DNA from: Fonticula alba ATCC 38817
Lineage: Eukaryota > Protista > Nucleariida
DNA: 64,000 nucleotides
Strand: one strand, 5' to 3'
NCBI GenBank assembly: GCA_000388065.2
Contig: KB932201.1
Part shown: positions 49,367 through 62,703 of the stretch, in pieces
Position numbering within the stretch: position 1 is the stretch's first letter
How the letters are laid out: each line of letters begins with the position of its first letter
Notes under the pieces: generated by a model
Databases searched by the model: none
What the model saw: the letters and a program-made list of their open reading frames with translations, nothing else
Told to the model about the DNA's origin: nothing
Translations under genes and position numbers: made by a program

Positions 49367-52300
49367 CACAGTCATCTAGCCGGCGAAGGCGGGCCACGGG
49401 CGAGTGCCGGCGAGCGGGACCGCGCCTCGGCCGACCACCACCAGGACCGTGGGGGGCTGGGCGAGTTGGCCGGGACCGGCCCTGGTGGTGCCCAATCTTG
49501 GGCGGGCGATCCGCGCGGCTCCCGCGGGGGTGCGGAGCCGCCGGCGTATTCGCGCGGCCCCAACTCAAGCGTGGCGGGGTCTCTCGGCTCCACAGCTTCT
49601 TGGCCCGGCCCTTGGCGGCCGGCCTGGGAGCTCGTCGGCCCCCCGCCCCCCCCCCGGCTCCCGCGTCTACTTGCGCTTTCCCGGGACCGCAGGATCCCGG
49701 GCCGTCTCTCTCAACGGCAGGGGGCCGGGGAAGGGCCGACCGGCCGGCAGGGAAGGCCGCCCGAAAGCAACCGGCGGCGCCGGCCTTGGTGACGGGGGAA
49801 AATAACGACCAGCGTCGGAGCGCCCCATCCGGCGGCCCGGGTCCCAGGATATTGGCGCCCGGCGCGCATGTCGGGGCGCGGCTCCCAAGCTGGGAAGGAG
49901 TGCGCGCGGCGCGCATGCGGCCTTGAATGGTTGGGGGCTGGCCGGTTTTCCCTGGTCGCCCTCAACGTTGCCACAAAGCGGGGGGGGGGGGGAGGGGGCG
50001 AGGGAAGTCTGCAACTGCCAGGGAAGTGCGACAACGCGCCATTGGAGCTAATGTGGAATTTTAATACACATATTTATGCTTTTTTTCTTCCCCTTTGCCT
50101 CGCACCGGGTCTCGATGATTTGGCCCGGAGCGGCAAACGGCCTGGCTCGGGCGCCGCCCCATTAGCCAGGCCGAGCGCCGCCCGCCCGGGTCCGGTGTTG
50201 GTGATCGCCTGCTTGCCAGCCGGCCGGGCGCCCGGGCCCGGGCGCGGGGTCAACGGTCTGACGGTGTCTGGGAAGGTCTCGTGCGCCAATTTGCAACGGC
50301 TCGCCAACGGGGACACGACCCCGGAGCCTCATTGATGAGTTTCTGCGAGCTGCGGAGATCCTCCGCCACTCGCCCGACCCGCCTCTCTGGCCCGCCGGCG
50401 GCGGAGGCCAGGTTGCCCCGCCCTTGTGGCCGCCGGACCGGCGTCCTTCCTCCCCAATGTGCCGGCTCCTGCGGCGTGGGCCGGGCGGGGGGGGGGGGGG
50501 GCTTCTTCCTGTCTGGGCGTGTGGCGCGGGCTCGGGGCCGCGCCCCGGGGCCCGGCGGCTGCCCCCGGTCGCGGTCGTGTCCCCCTTCCTGGGGGGTCTC
50601 CCGGCATCGAGACGCGTATACCGGTGAGCGCCTGCCCGACGGGACGCCGTTCGCTGTCCAGGGCCGGGCCGGTCCCGTCCCGCTCCGTCCGTTCCCCCCT
50701 GGCCCTGCCTGAGAGGCGCGTGCCGGCCGGGGGGGGGGGGGGGGGGNNNNNNNNNNNNNNNNNNNNNNNNNNNNNNNNNNNNNNNNNNNNNNNNNNNNNN
50801 NNNNNNNNNNNNNNNNNNNNNNNNNNNNNNNNNNNNNNNNNNNNNNNNNNNNNNNNNNNNNNNNNNNNNNNNNNNNNNNNNNNNNNNNNNNNNNNNNNNN
50901 NNNNNNNNNNNNNNNNNNNNNNNNNNNNNNNNNNNNNNNNNGGGGGGGGGGAGGATATGAGCCGGTCACGGTCGGATGCTCGCTCTGCGTCATCCATGGG
51001 AGGGGCGTTTCTGCGCGATCGCCCTGGCCTCTGGGGGCGGGGCCTGACCGCCGGCGGCCGGACAGACCCGCGGCGAAGGTCCCCCCCCCCCCCGGCGGCG
51101 GGGGCCGTGGGCCGCCTCCCCTCGGGGCCTGCCACGAGCCGGAGCCGAGCCCGCGGCCTCTGGGCATCATGAGCCAGGGCGATCGAGGAGCAGCGCGCGA
51201 AAAGGCGCACCGCGCCACATCCATCCTGCATCTCTGGCCGAGGGCCCAAGAAAACATTGGCCCCGGCAAGGGGACCGCGTCTTCATTCTCGCGATAGCCC
51301 TGTTGGAAGGGCGGGAAGCCGGACCGGATCCTGCCAGGGGCCTGGCCTTTGCCGGCCTGCCCCCCGTTCCTCGCGCGCCTGCTCGGGCATCAGTGGGGAG
51401 CGATGGCACGGGCCGGCGGGCGAGGCTGGCACCGACCGCGAGGGGCGCGCTCTGCTGGCTTGTGCGCCATGCCTTCCCACCCCTGGCAACCCCGGCGCAT
51501 GCCAGCTGCCGGCGCGGCGTCCGGCGCCCGGGGCGCGGTCGCGTCCTCGCCGGCCTGCGCGCCACCCCCGCCGGGTGGGACATGCCTCCTCCCGGGAGGA
51601 GGCACGTCCCGGGGGACGGTGGCAGGGGCGCTCGTCGGCTTGGACATCGTGGTGGTGGTGGTGCCTTTTGTTGCCGGCCCCGACCGTGAAACACATCCTC
51701 CCCCCTGCCGCCCTTGCTGCTTGGCCGTGAATGTTTGTGTGTCTGTGTGTCTGGGTGTGTGTGTGTGTGTGTGTGAGCGTATGTGTGTGGGTGCATCCGC
51801 ATGCGCGGGGGTGCCCCCCCCCGGTGGTGGGGACTTTTGGGGGGCGCCGGCGCGCGGCGAGTCGCGCCGGGATGTTGGCCCGGCTCCCGGGCCGTGCTTC
51901 CTCTCCTTCACCTCGGAGGACGGCGGGTGCCGCGCCGATGGGGGCGGATGGCGGGGCATTGGCTCGCACGCGTGTGGTGCCCGCGTGGCCGGCGTCCCGG
52001 GTGTGCGCGCGCGCACGTTGACACACTCTTGAGCCCCATGGGGCTAGTCTCTAGACCTCCCTTACTCTCTCTCTCTGTCCTACGCTGCCTCGCGGTTGCT
52101 TTCTCCGTCTCTGTCTCTCGGCCTTTGGGGACGATCCGTGGCCAGGGCACCCACCGGGGAGGGCCTGCTGTTTGTGCGCCACCCCAAGACCACAAACCCG
52201 GCTTCGTCCGCCACATAGGGGGCACGCGGCCGAGCGTGACTGGCCGGCATGCGGGCGCCCTCAGAAGCCGGCCCCCGTCCTTATCGCCGCCGCCGCCGCC

Positions 52301-53884
52301 GCCGCCGCCTCGCGCCTCCCCCGCCGCCGCATCTGCCCAGGGGCCCCTTCACTCCGCGCGGGTCAGCCCAAAGCCGATCACCAAGGCGCGCGCGGGCCCC
52401 CCACCCGACACGCTCTCCTCGGCATGCAGGTCGTCTCCTGTTCGCGCCAAGGGCGCCTCGTGCGGCCCCCGGTGCATGAAGCACGCTCGCGCCGGCCAGG
52501 CCCCTCCGCCGGCGGCGACCGGTCGCCGCCGGCGGAGGGGCACGCAGCGCGCACGGCGCCCGAGCCGACCGGCGCCCAGGTCTCGGGGCCGAGTCTGCCA
52601 AGGGCACCCGGGGCCGGATGTGTCGGCCGGGCCACCCCGCCTCATGGGTTCCGCCAGCGCCGGGGCCCCCTTGGCCCCGCGCCCCCGAAAACAGGCAAAA
52701 CGCCTTTTCCGCCCTGCCCCCTCCGCCCGTGACCCGGGNNNNNNNNNNNNNNNNNNNNNNNNNNNNNNNNNNNNNNNNNNNNNNNNNNNNNNNNNNNNNN
52801 NNNNNNNNNNNNNNNNNNNNNNNNNNNNNNNNNNNNNNNNNNNNNNNNNNNNNNNNNNNNNNNNNNNNNNNNNNNNNNNNNNNNNNNNNNNNNNNNNNNN
52901 NNNNNNNNNNNNNNNNNNNNNNNNNNNNNNNNNNNNNNNNNNNNNNNNNNNNNNCCCCCCCCCCCCCCCCCGGCCCGAGGGCCGGTTCTTCGGCGTGGAC
53001 ACCCGCTCGTCCGGTCCCTCCGGCGGTCCAACAGGCCGACACTCGTGCGCACCCGTGCATGCGGCTCCTCGGGTCACTCCCCGCCCAGATGGTCGAATGC
53101 GCCCACACCTCCGCCTGCCAGTACTCGCCCTTGCCCACATTTGCCGCCCTGCCCTTGCTCCCTGCCTCGCCCCCTGCCCCACGGCCGACGCCTGAGAGGG
53201 CCGCACGAAAGGAGTCGGGCCACCTGCGCTCGGTCGCCCTTACCCCCCTGATCCCGGCAGACGACGAATAGCACCGGGCCCGAGGCAAGCAAGCCCCCGC
53301 GCCCCCGCGCCCCCGCCCTCCGGTGCCGCCCGGGCGAGGATGGCATGGCCGAGGCGGCGCCCCCTCCATTGAAGCTGCCCCGTGCGCGCCCCCTCCTCCG
53401 GGCCCCTCGCCGCGCCTGGGACACCACGGCCCCGCATGCTGAAGCGGCAGGCCCGGGCGCAGGCCCGGGGTGGGGGCCGGCGGGCGGCGCCGGGGAGGGG
53501 GCCACCCCGGGTGAGCCGACGGTCGGCCAGGCGGGCAGATGCCCGCGCCCACACGCCCCCTCGCCGTGCCGGATGCACGGGGGCCACAGAGGGGGACCGG
53601 GGCCGCCTCGCCACACACATGCACGGGGGCAGGCGCGTGCCCCGCTCGGGCCAGCCCCCCGGGCATGGCCCCAACCCCCGCCACCCAGATCGCACGGTGC
53701 CACCCGGCCGATGAGCCATCAGCGGCCGGCAGTAAATGACCCCGCATGCGCCCAACCCGCCCTGGCCGAGCCGCCGCACACCGCACAAACACGCACCACC
53801 GCCTCGCCCCGCCCCCCCGGCCGGCCAGCCCAAAGGCTGGGAGGCGCTTTTGTAGCCATAACGGCGAGAGAATGGTATTCCAGG

Positions 53885-56689
53885 CTAATCATCTGACACA
53901 TCCACCGCCTGATTCTTGCCGAAGTTCAGGTAGAAGTCATCGAAATCGTCGTCCTCGTCCTCCTGCCGGCGGTGGCCGGTCGACCGATCGCGGCCGGGAC
54001 CATTCCGGCTGCTTGCCATGACCGCCGCCATGTGCCGGGCGTAATCCTCATCGTCAACGTGTGCTCTTCCGATCTTAATCATCTGACACATCCACCGCCT
54101 GATTCTTGCCGAAGTTCAGGTAGAAGTCATCGAAATCGTCGTCCTCGTCCTCCTGCCGGCGGTGGCCGGTCGACCGATCGCGGCCGGGACCATTCCGGCT
54201 GCTTGCCATGACCGCCGCCATGTGCCGGGCGTAATCCTCATCGTCAGAGTCGTCCGACCCGCCGAAGGGATCCGCCAGCGATGAGCCGGGCCCGCCGCCA
54301 GTCTCGGGCTCCTCTGGCGCGGGGTCCTGGTCCGCGGCACTGCGGTACTTGGCCAGCCGGCGGAGGCGCCCATTGAAGAGGACCGCCTTGACGGTGCGTC
54401 CGCCGAAAAAGCGGCCATTCAGTGCGCGCACACACTCGGCCGCGGATTCCGGCTGCTCGAAGCGGATCGTGCAGGCGCCCTTCGGGTGGANNNNNNNNNN
54501 NNNNNNNNNNNNNNNNNNNNNNNCTTGTAAAAAGCGGCCATTCAGTGCGCGCACACACTCGGCCGCGGATTCCGGCTGCTCGAAGCGGATCGTGCAGGCG
54601 CCCTTCGGGTGGAGCTGAGTCGATCGAGGCCCAGGGATACGGGGGGAGGGGCGGGATGTGGGCCGGCGGTTTCACGTGTCCGGTGCCGGAAGTGCGCGAG
54701 CGACGAGAAAGCCCAAGGTGAGTCTGGGTGGATCTGGCATGCACCACCTAATGAGGGGGGGAGGGGTATACTCTCACGGCAAGCCCGAGGGCCAGGGTCT
54801 GATGCGAAGGGAAACGCACATCGTAGATGGTGATCGAGGTGACAACACCGAAGGTCTCGCACTCCTCGAGAATGTCCTCCTTCAGGTCCACCAGGAGGCC
54901 GACGTCCTCCTGTGTGTGCAGCAGGCGTGCATGTGCGTCTGTGTCAGGCAGATTGCACGGGTACACAGGTCAGCATGTGGGAGCATGGGCACGGACCTCG
55001 ATTTCCTGCTTGGTGAACATGTTCTCCAAATACACAAGCCGACAGTCGGCATTGGCCCGAGCCGCGGCATCGCGCTCTGAGTCCCAGTTCAGACGGCTGT
55101 CAGCCAGCCAGCCAGCCAGCCAGCGAGGGTGCCCGGCAGCATGGAGGGAAAGCGTACGTGGCAGATGTTAGCCCTTCCCATGGCTGGCTCTTGGCATGGA
55201 GAGAGAGAGAAAGGAAAAAAAAAGCAAAAAAAAGCAAAGAGGAATCGAGCAGCGCCCACGATGTGGTCCAGGCAGACCCAGGCACACACACACACGCACG
55301 CCGGGCTGCCAAGCATACGTACCCTTCCAAAAACTCGTACTTGGCCCGGGTCATCATGCGCCGCTTGAGCTCCTCACGCCGGGCCTTCTCCTGTTCCTTG
55401 GCCGACAGTTCGGGCGCATCGGCCCCGGCTGGCCGGGAGGCCTGCTGCCGCGAGCGCTTGGCCGCAGGCTCACGCGACTTGTCCCCCGACTGGGGGGAGA
55501 AGACCGCCCGGCGCACGCTCAGCGGGAAGTTCTGCCCCGGCGGGCGATCCGGCCGAAGGGGAAACCCATCGAGCATGTCGATGGCCAGCGGCACGGACTC
55601 CGGCCGGAAGTAGGCCACCGTTCCATCGCCCTTCAGCTGGCCGGCCTCATCGCGGTAGAAGCGCACCAGCGGCCGCGGCCCGCGCGACAGCTCCCAATAC
55701 CGCGACGGGTCGCTCGGGTCCTGGGTGTCCTCCTCGTCGTCGGAGTCGTAAATCCCGCCGGTGGCCACACGCCGGATGTGGGCGGCGATTTCCTCCGCAT
55801 CCACATCCAGAATCCCATACCGGGAGAAGGTGTCAGCCACCTCGACCAGCGACACATCTGGCGGCAGCCCGCTGACGTAGAGCACGCGCTCGCGCTTTTG
55901 CGCCGGCTGCTGGTCATTCGGCCGCGAGCGCTTTGCCTTGTCCGGTGGCGGGGCCGCCACTTCGGCCGGGCTGGGACCCGGGGCCGGGGCCTGGGGGGCG
56001 GCCAGGCCGCCCGGCGCCGCCGGCGCGACGAAAGCATCCTCCGCTGGGGCCATTGACGCCTGCACCGCGGCCAGGGCTGCCTCAGCGGCGGCACGCATCC
56101 GCGCATCCAGCTCCGAGTCCAGCTGGTGCTGGCCAAGCCAGTTGGCCGCGGCCGCCTCATCGTCGCCATCGCCAGGGCCATTGGGCCCGGAAGTGGCAGG
56201 CTCCTCGGAGGGAATGGCGCCGCCGGGCGCGTCCTCGGCGGCCGCACGTGCAAGACCAGCCACATTCGCAGCAGGGGCAGTCGCATCGACGGCGGCGACG
56301 GCGTCAGCCGATTCCGCATCGGTGGCGCCGGCGGCGGCCGCCTGGCGCTGCTGCTCGATCATGCGCTCGAGCTCGCGCGCCAACTCCGGGTCTTCATCTT
56401 CCTCCTCGTCGTCATCCTCGGCCTGGTCGCCTGGAGAACCGGGCTGCGGCCCGGCCGAAAGGACCGAGCCGCTGGGCTGCGGCCCGGCCGAAAGGACCGA
56501 GCTGCTGGCCTGTCCGACCAGGGCCGGCGGGACAATAAGCTGGCCGCCCGGCGCGGCATCCAATTGCGCAAAGAGATCCAACACAGCGCCGTCATCATTT
56601 GGCTGGGTGGCGCCAGGGGCCGCTGGCGTTCCGGAGTTCATCTCCAGTTCGCGGAGCAGGTCATCGAAGCCGTCGGCAGAGGGGTCCAT
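53885..56689 (-). CDS. HTATSF1: HTATSF1/Cus2 (Tat-SF1) U2 snRNP-associated factor with RRM and UHM; 3' end corrupted by artefacts
   Basis: RRM1 LYVSGLPPD...FSRYGI...VRFYRDEAGQLKGDGTVAYFRPESVPLAIDMLDG. UHM VYLENMF...DLKEDILEECETFGVV...HPKGACTIRF...A..CV.ALNGRFFGGR. Three GT-AG introns. Confidence 0.93.
54057..54075 (+). other. Illumina adapter remnant (ACGTGTGCTCTTCCGATCT)
   Basis: Exact 19-nt match. It separates tandem copies 53886-54056 and 54076-54246. Confidence 0.97.
54406..54613 (+). repeat. 85-bp duplication flanking a 33-N gap (unmerged overlapping contig ends)
   Basis: 54406-54490 equals 54529-54613; removing one copy restores the UHM frame. Confidence 0.9.
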
Positions 56690-56805
56690 CTGGCACGAGG
56701 AGGCAAGGGGAGAAGACCGGCAGCAAGGAGGAGGGCAGAAGCGGGAGGAAGGGGGAGATGGGCGCGTGTGCGTGTGCGCGCGTGTCCGAGGGGAGGCAAG
56801 ATAAC

Positions 56806-56854
<49 letters not shown>

Positions 56855-57923
56855 NNNNNNNNNNNNNNNNNNNNNNNNNNNNNNNNNNNNNNNNNNNNNN
56901 NNNNNNNNNNNNNNNNNNNNNNNNNNNNNNNNNNNNNNNNNNNNNNNNNNNNNNAGAGAGAGAGAGAGAGAGGGAGAGAGAGAGAAAGGGAAAGAGGACA
57001 GGGAAAGGGAGTGTGTCGTGGCTTGCGGCGTGGGTGCCAGCGGCGTGGGCCCGATGCCTGCACTAGAGGCGGCGATAAAGCGCGCGATCGGGGGGCGGGA
57101 TCTGGACATCCAGCACACACATCACGCGGGGGCATGACCATCATTCACGACTCTGCCAACCCACTCCTTGGACGCCCGCCGGGTTGACCGCCCTGCTCGC
57201 TCCTGCGGTCCCAGGACCGGCCAGTTAGCTGGCCTGTGCGTTCCGGGGGCGTCGGACGTCGGGCAGGCTGTTTTATTCCTTTCCAGGCCGGACGGAACCG
57301 AACCCCCCCCCCCCCCCCCTGCCCTCCTCCTCTGGGCGGAGTGTGCTTGCGTCTGGACCAGGGAGATGCGGGGGATGGGAGCGCATGCCCAGGGGGGCGG
57401 GACGGGAGGGGGGGGGGGACTCCCCGAGTCCGTGGGCGGGAGAGGGCAGATGCCGGAGCGCGGGCGCGCACAAGCGGCGGTCGCCGCCCGGAGCCCCCCG
57501 GGTGTTTGTTATTGCCCCACGAAGGTTATGGCCCCTTGGGGGCTACACCGGGGGCAGGGCCGTCGCCCCGGGGGCGACACCGGCTGTTTTCTCTCCACTT
57601 GCAGGTCCGCCAGGGGATGAGGCCCGATTACACACCCACACCCACAGGCCTTCAAACTGCGCGCGTACACACTATTCGCCCGGACCCGCCCCCTGCTGCT
57701 TGCGCCTCCGTGGGCAAAGATGGCAGCCCCCATTTTCCCCCCGTGCGGGATCCCCCCCCGCCGTCCCCAAGGGCCACTGCCCCAAGAGCCGGATCCGGGG
57801 CCCTCTCAACCCCCGTCTCCTTTCTTCCTCCTTCCTTTTCCTCCTCGCCCTCCCCCGCCTCCCTCCCCACCCATTCCTCTACCCTCTCCCTCGCCCCCCC
57901 CCCTCTCCCTCTTTCTCCCACCC

Positions 57924-60900
57924 ATGACCGGCGATGAGGCCCCGGCGGGCCTGAGCAGCAGCGACAGCGGCAGCAGCGGCACCGACACCGCCCCAGCGGG
58001 TGATTTGTCTCCTCCCGCGTCTCCAGGGCGCTCGGCTGTCTCGTCTCCCGCGAGCCCTCCTCACACGCCAGCGGCGCCGGAACACCCGGAGTCCGATGCC
58101 CGGTCTTCGCCTCGGCCTTCGACCAATGTATCCCCCTCGATGGCCGGCGTCGGTGCTGGTCAGTCCCCTGTAGCGTCGCCCTCCCTTCCCCGCCCCTCCC
58201 CCCCCCCTTCCCGCCCGGTTGCTGGGACTGACCTGCCCGATTCCTGCCCCACGGTAGCACACATTCTCCCTTCCTTCGAGGCGGATCGCGCCCAGTTCCG
58301 GCACTTCCTCCGCAGCTACACCTGCTACGATACTCTGCCGATCAGCGGGCGCGTTGTCGTCCTGGACACCGCTCTCCCCGTGAAGAAGGCCTTCCATGCG
58401 CTGTTGCAAAATGGTCCGCCGCACGCCGGGTCTCCTGCCATTCTCAACGCTCCCCGTCCTCACCCAGTGTGCCTCCTCGCGCGCGCTCTCTCCCCCTCTC
58501 CTCTCTTTCCGTCCCTCCCCCCCCCCCACACACACCAGAGCTCCGCGCGGCGCCTCTCTTCGATTCGCGCCGGCACAAGATCATCGGCATGCTGACGGTC
58601 ACCGACTTCATCAACATCCTCCGGTACGTGGCCGTCTCCTTCCTCCTTCGCTGCCTACCTTTGCCCGGCCATTTCCCGTCTAACAGGGGCGGCTTCCCCT
58701 CCATGGCCTCCTCCAACCCCCCCCCCCCCCCGCGCTCCCCCCGCCATAGGTATTACCACTACTTCCCCGACGAGGCCATGCGCCGGGGCATCCGCCTGGA
58801 CGATCAGCGCATCCAAGGCTGGCGTGACACCGACATCTCCCTGCTCCTGAAGTACCGGAGCCTGTCGCAGGCCTCCGATGCCGGGGGGGACTCTCCGCAA
58901 GTGGCCGAGTCGTCGCCCCCCTCGCCCTCGGACGAGCCGGCTCCTCCCTGCTGCGCGGACTACGCCTATCGCCCCACGCCGCTGGACCAGCCCCCGCACC
59001 TGGTGAGTGCCTCGCCTCTGACCACGCTGCTGGACGCGGCCCGGGAGCTGGTTTCCCACCGGATCCATCGCCTGCCGATTCTCGAACCCGTGGAGGTCCC
59101 AGCCGTGCCGATGCCGGTCGCCCCGCCGGTCGCCGATCCGGCTGACTCCCTGGCCCTTGGCACCGGCGGCGCTGGGTCCCCCCTGGCCCCGGTCGACCCG
59201 GGCACCGGAGGGTCCCCCTTGGTTGCGCCCCTATCGACGGAGGGTGCGTTTCCCCCTCTTCCCCCTCTCTCCATCTTCTTCCACGCCTGCACCTATCACT
59301 TGTCTTGCCCGCCCCCTCCTCCTCCCCCCTTCTGCATTCCTTCGTGCAGGTGTACACCCCATTTTCTCCCTCCCCCCTGACACCGAGCCCACTTCAGTCC
59401 TCGAGACCCCGCTCGGCGATGGCGATGGCGGGCCCGCCGCAGCCCTCCACACCGTGGACGAGCACGACGAGTATCCCGTGTCCCGGCGTGGCTTGGCAGT
59501 TGACTCGTCGGCGGATTTGTGCGACAGCGCGGCGGCCGACGCTCGCGCCGTGGTGGCCGATCTCGCGGCGGCGGCGATGGCCGCTGCGGCGGCGGCGGCT
59601 GCCGCCGGCGGCACCAACACCCTCGATCCCCCATTCATGGCCCTTGACGCCGAGCTCCCGGCCGATGCCCTTCTGGCAGCCGCCGCGGCGGATCCCTATT
59701 TTGACGGCCTGGATCCCATTCCGGCGGCCGATGTGCTGGCAGCCACGGCGGCGGCCGAGGCCCTGTCGGATCTTGGCGGGGCGGTGATCAAGTCCCGTCG
59801 GGGGACTTCCCCAGAGCTCCATGACTCCATCGAGTCGCTGTCGCTGTATGCCGCGGGGGCGGGCCCAGTTAGCGGCGTGGCCATGGCCCCCTCGGAGCTG
59901 CCTGGCCCGCCGGCTGATATGTCGGTGCTGTCGTCCACCGGGGCGGAGGTCTTCCCCTCCGGCGAGCAGCCGACGTCCCTCTCGCCGCCTGCCAGTGCCT
60001 CCGGCTCCGTGGCCGCGGCCACTCCCTCGGGCATTCCCTCCTCCGCTTCGGTTTCAGTTCCCCCCTCGGAGGAGGGCGTCGCCGGGACGGCCGACCCGTC
60101 GGTCGCCAACAGCCCGGCACTCAGCCCGGTCCCTTCGATCGCCGAGGCCCCAGACAACATTGTCGGTGTTATCAGCCAGTTCAAGATCTTGCGCTTCATC
60201 GCGCACTATGTATGTCCTCGGTGGCACTAGCGTGCCGCGTGGCAGCCTCTCTTCTTCGCCCCCTCCCCCCTCTCTCCCCCTTCCTGCCCTCTCTCGGTCC
60301 TGCCGCACACATGGTGTGTGTGTGTGTGTGTGTGTGTGCCGATGTGCACCTCTTTTTTGGTCTAACTGGTCGCTCTTCCGTCCCCCCCCCCTCCCATCAC
60401 CGACGGCTACACGCGTTGGGCTCAGTTCCCCCACCGGCTGGCTCTGTTTGATGTGCCCATCGCCAGCCTTGGCATCGGGTCCTTCGGGCCAAATGTCGTC
60501 ACGGTCACCCCGTCCGAGCCGCTGATCACCGTGCTGGACCTGTTTGCCACCCGACGTGTGTCTGCTGTGCCCGTTGTCGACGAGTCTGGCTCCCTGTTGG
60601 ACGTCTACGAGAAGTTCGATGTGTCGGTATGTGTGTCGGCTTTCCGGTGCCCGTGCCGCTTGGCCCGAGTCGCGGGTCTTTGGCTGCGTCTGTCCGTTCG
60701 CTGACGAATCGCCATGCATTACCCCCCCCCCTCCCCCCCTCCCCCAACAACAAGTACCTCGCCCGTGATGCTTGCTTCGACAACTTGACCATGACCGTGC
60801 GTGAGGCCCTCGCGCACCGGACCTCACATCATGAAGCGGACGCCGCGGCGGCCGCCGCGTCGGCACAGCCGCAGGGCGCCCCCGCGCACGGGGTTTTCAC

Positions 60901-61198
60901 GTGCGGAAAGCAAGACCGGCTGGGGTCCTTCTTCGCGGTGATTCGCGCGTATCCCGGCATTCGGCGACTGGTCATCCTGGACGACGACCCGCCGGCACCG
61001 GTGGACTCGGCCCCTGTGGTCACCTCCCCCTCCTCGTCTGCGGAGGCCGCCGAGCAGGACGCCTTGGATGCTGGCACGGACACCGGCGGGCCGGACTCGG
61101 TGCCAATCTCCCCCAGCGTGATCCCTGTCCGCCGGGTGTACGGCGTCATCAGCCTTTCAGACATTCTGGCTTTCCTGGTGTCCGATCCGTCGGCCTAG
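57924..61198 (+). CDS. SNF4: SNF4/AMPK gamma subunit (four CBS repeats) with large insertions
   Basis: FLRSYTCYDTLPISGRVVVLDTALPVKKAFHALLQN, APLFDS...GMLTVTDFINIL, HRIHRLP, ISQFKILRF, RVSAVPVVD...DVYEKFDV, IRRLV...GVISLSDILAFL. Confidence 0.95.
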
Positions 61199-61878
61199 AC
61201 ACCCCTGGTCCTTTCGCTCTTCCCCCCCCCCCCCCCCCCCCCTGTTCAATCATCACATAGAATTCCTCTCCCTGGTGCCCCCCGAAGCCCCCTCCGCCCC
61301 CAAATGCACCGAGTCCTTGTTGCTTCGATGCCGTTCTTCAACTCCCTCTACTGTCTGTAAGTGACTTTTTTCGTGTCCCGGGGCCGCCGTGTGGGCGGGA
61401 AATCATCGACGGCTGGCAAGCAGGCCGCCTGCGCGCGCAGGTTGTGGGCTAACATGGACTCACGTGATAACTGTCGAACTTTTTTATCCTTGCAAGGACT
61501 TCGGTTGGGATTCGGGCATCCATTTCTGGCTGGTCCCGGCAGGTGGTATGGCTGTGGTAGGGGAGGGGGGGGGCTCGTGGGTGGGCGGGCCGGTGATTGC
61601 ACGGTCGTTGCGGGCGTGGTTGCGCCGCGCGGTGCCCCGTTTTTGGGAGATGGCATAGAAATCAATGACCGTGGCCAGGATCAGCGATCTCCTTTCGACA
61701 TCCCCCCCCCCCTCCCCCTCCGCCTATCTCTTTCTCTTTCTTTCTTTCTTTCTCTCTCTCTCTCCCCTCCGTCTTTCCATTCCTGCGCGCCCCTCTTCTT
61801 GTGCTCTTCTCTTCCTCTGCGGCAGGACCTCACGCACCAGGAGACCGAGATCGAGCGGCCCATCCTCCCTCCGCCCTG

Positions 61879-62670
61879 ATGACGAAGAAGGGTTCCTCTT
61901 CAAGCAGCAGCTCCAAGCCCGCGGCCAAGGGCAGCTCCAAGACGCCGGCCGCGCCTGAGCCGACGGCCCCTCCGCCCCGGCGGCAGAAGGCCAGGATTGT
62001 CACATCCGGCAATGCAGGCAACTCCTCGAAATCCGCCCCTGCCCCGAGTGCGCCGGCCCAGCCGCTGCCTGACACGGGCGAGCTTCCCTACACCCAAGCT
62101 CTGCGCACCTGGACCGGAAAACTGCCGAATGTCCTGCTGATCGAGTTCTGCCGCAAGCAGACCAATTGGATGGCACCTCAGTTCAATGAGGTATGCTGAG
62201 CTCCTCTCTCCCTCCCTCTCGTCTCCCTCTCTCCCTCTCTTCCCCCCCCCCCCCCCCTCCCCCCCCCCCCCTCTCCGCCTATCCCCCTGTCTGGCCTCAA
62301 TCAAGCCGGTATCACTAACACGCAAGCAATCGTGCTATCCACGTATCCCGATCCTCGTATGTGTACCTAGAGCAACAAGGGAGGTCAATTTAGCTCCAGT
62401 GTGGTGCTGCTGAAGAAGGCCAATCAACGAAGCACCGAAACGACGGCTGTGCGGTTTAGATGTCCCGGAACCTTTGCCACTGCGTCCGAAGCTCGGCAGC
62501 ATGGCGCTACTTATGTCCTGAGCCAGGTACATGGCACTCCCGTCCGCTCTCCTCCCCTCATCCCCTTCTCTCTTTCTTGGCTGGGATCACAAGGCCGGAG
62601 CCGTAGTTGCACATGGGCCAACCGATGCCAGCAAGACGCCACCCCCATTTTCCTGGACGTTCTCTGACAC

Positions 62671-62703
<33 letters not shown>

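Noticed and set aside
56441-56502. 33-bp tandem duplication (SVLSAGPQP x2) in HTATSF1
   Set aside because: It is in frame, has no adapter and lies in a disordered region; an ordinary slippage duplication.
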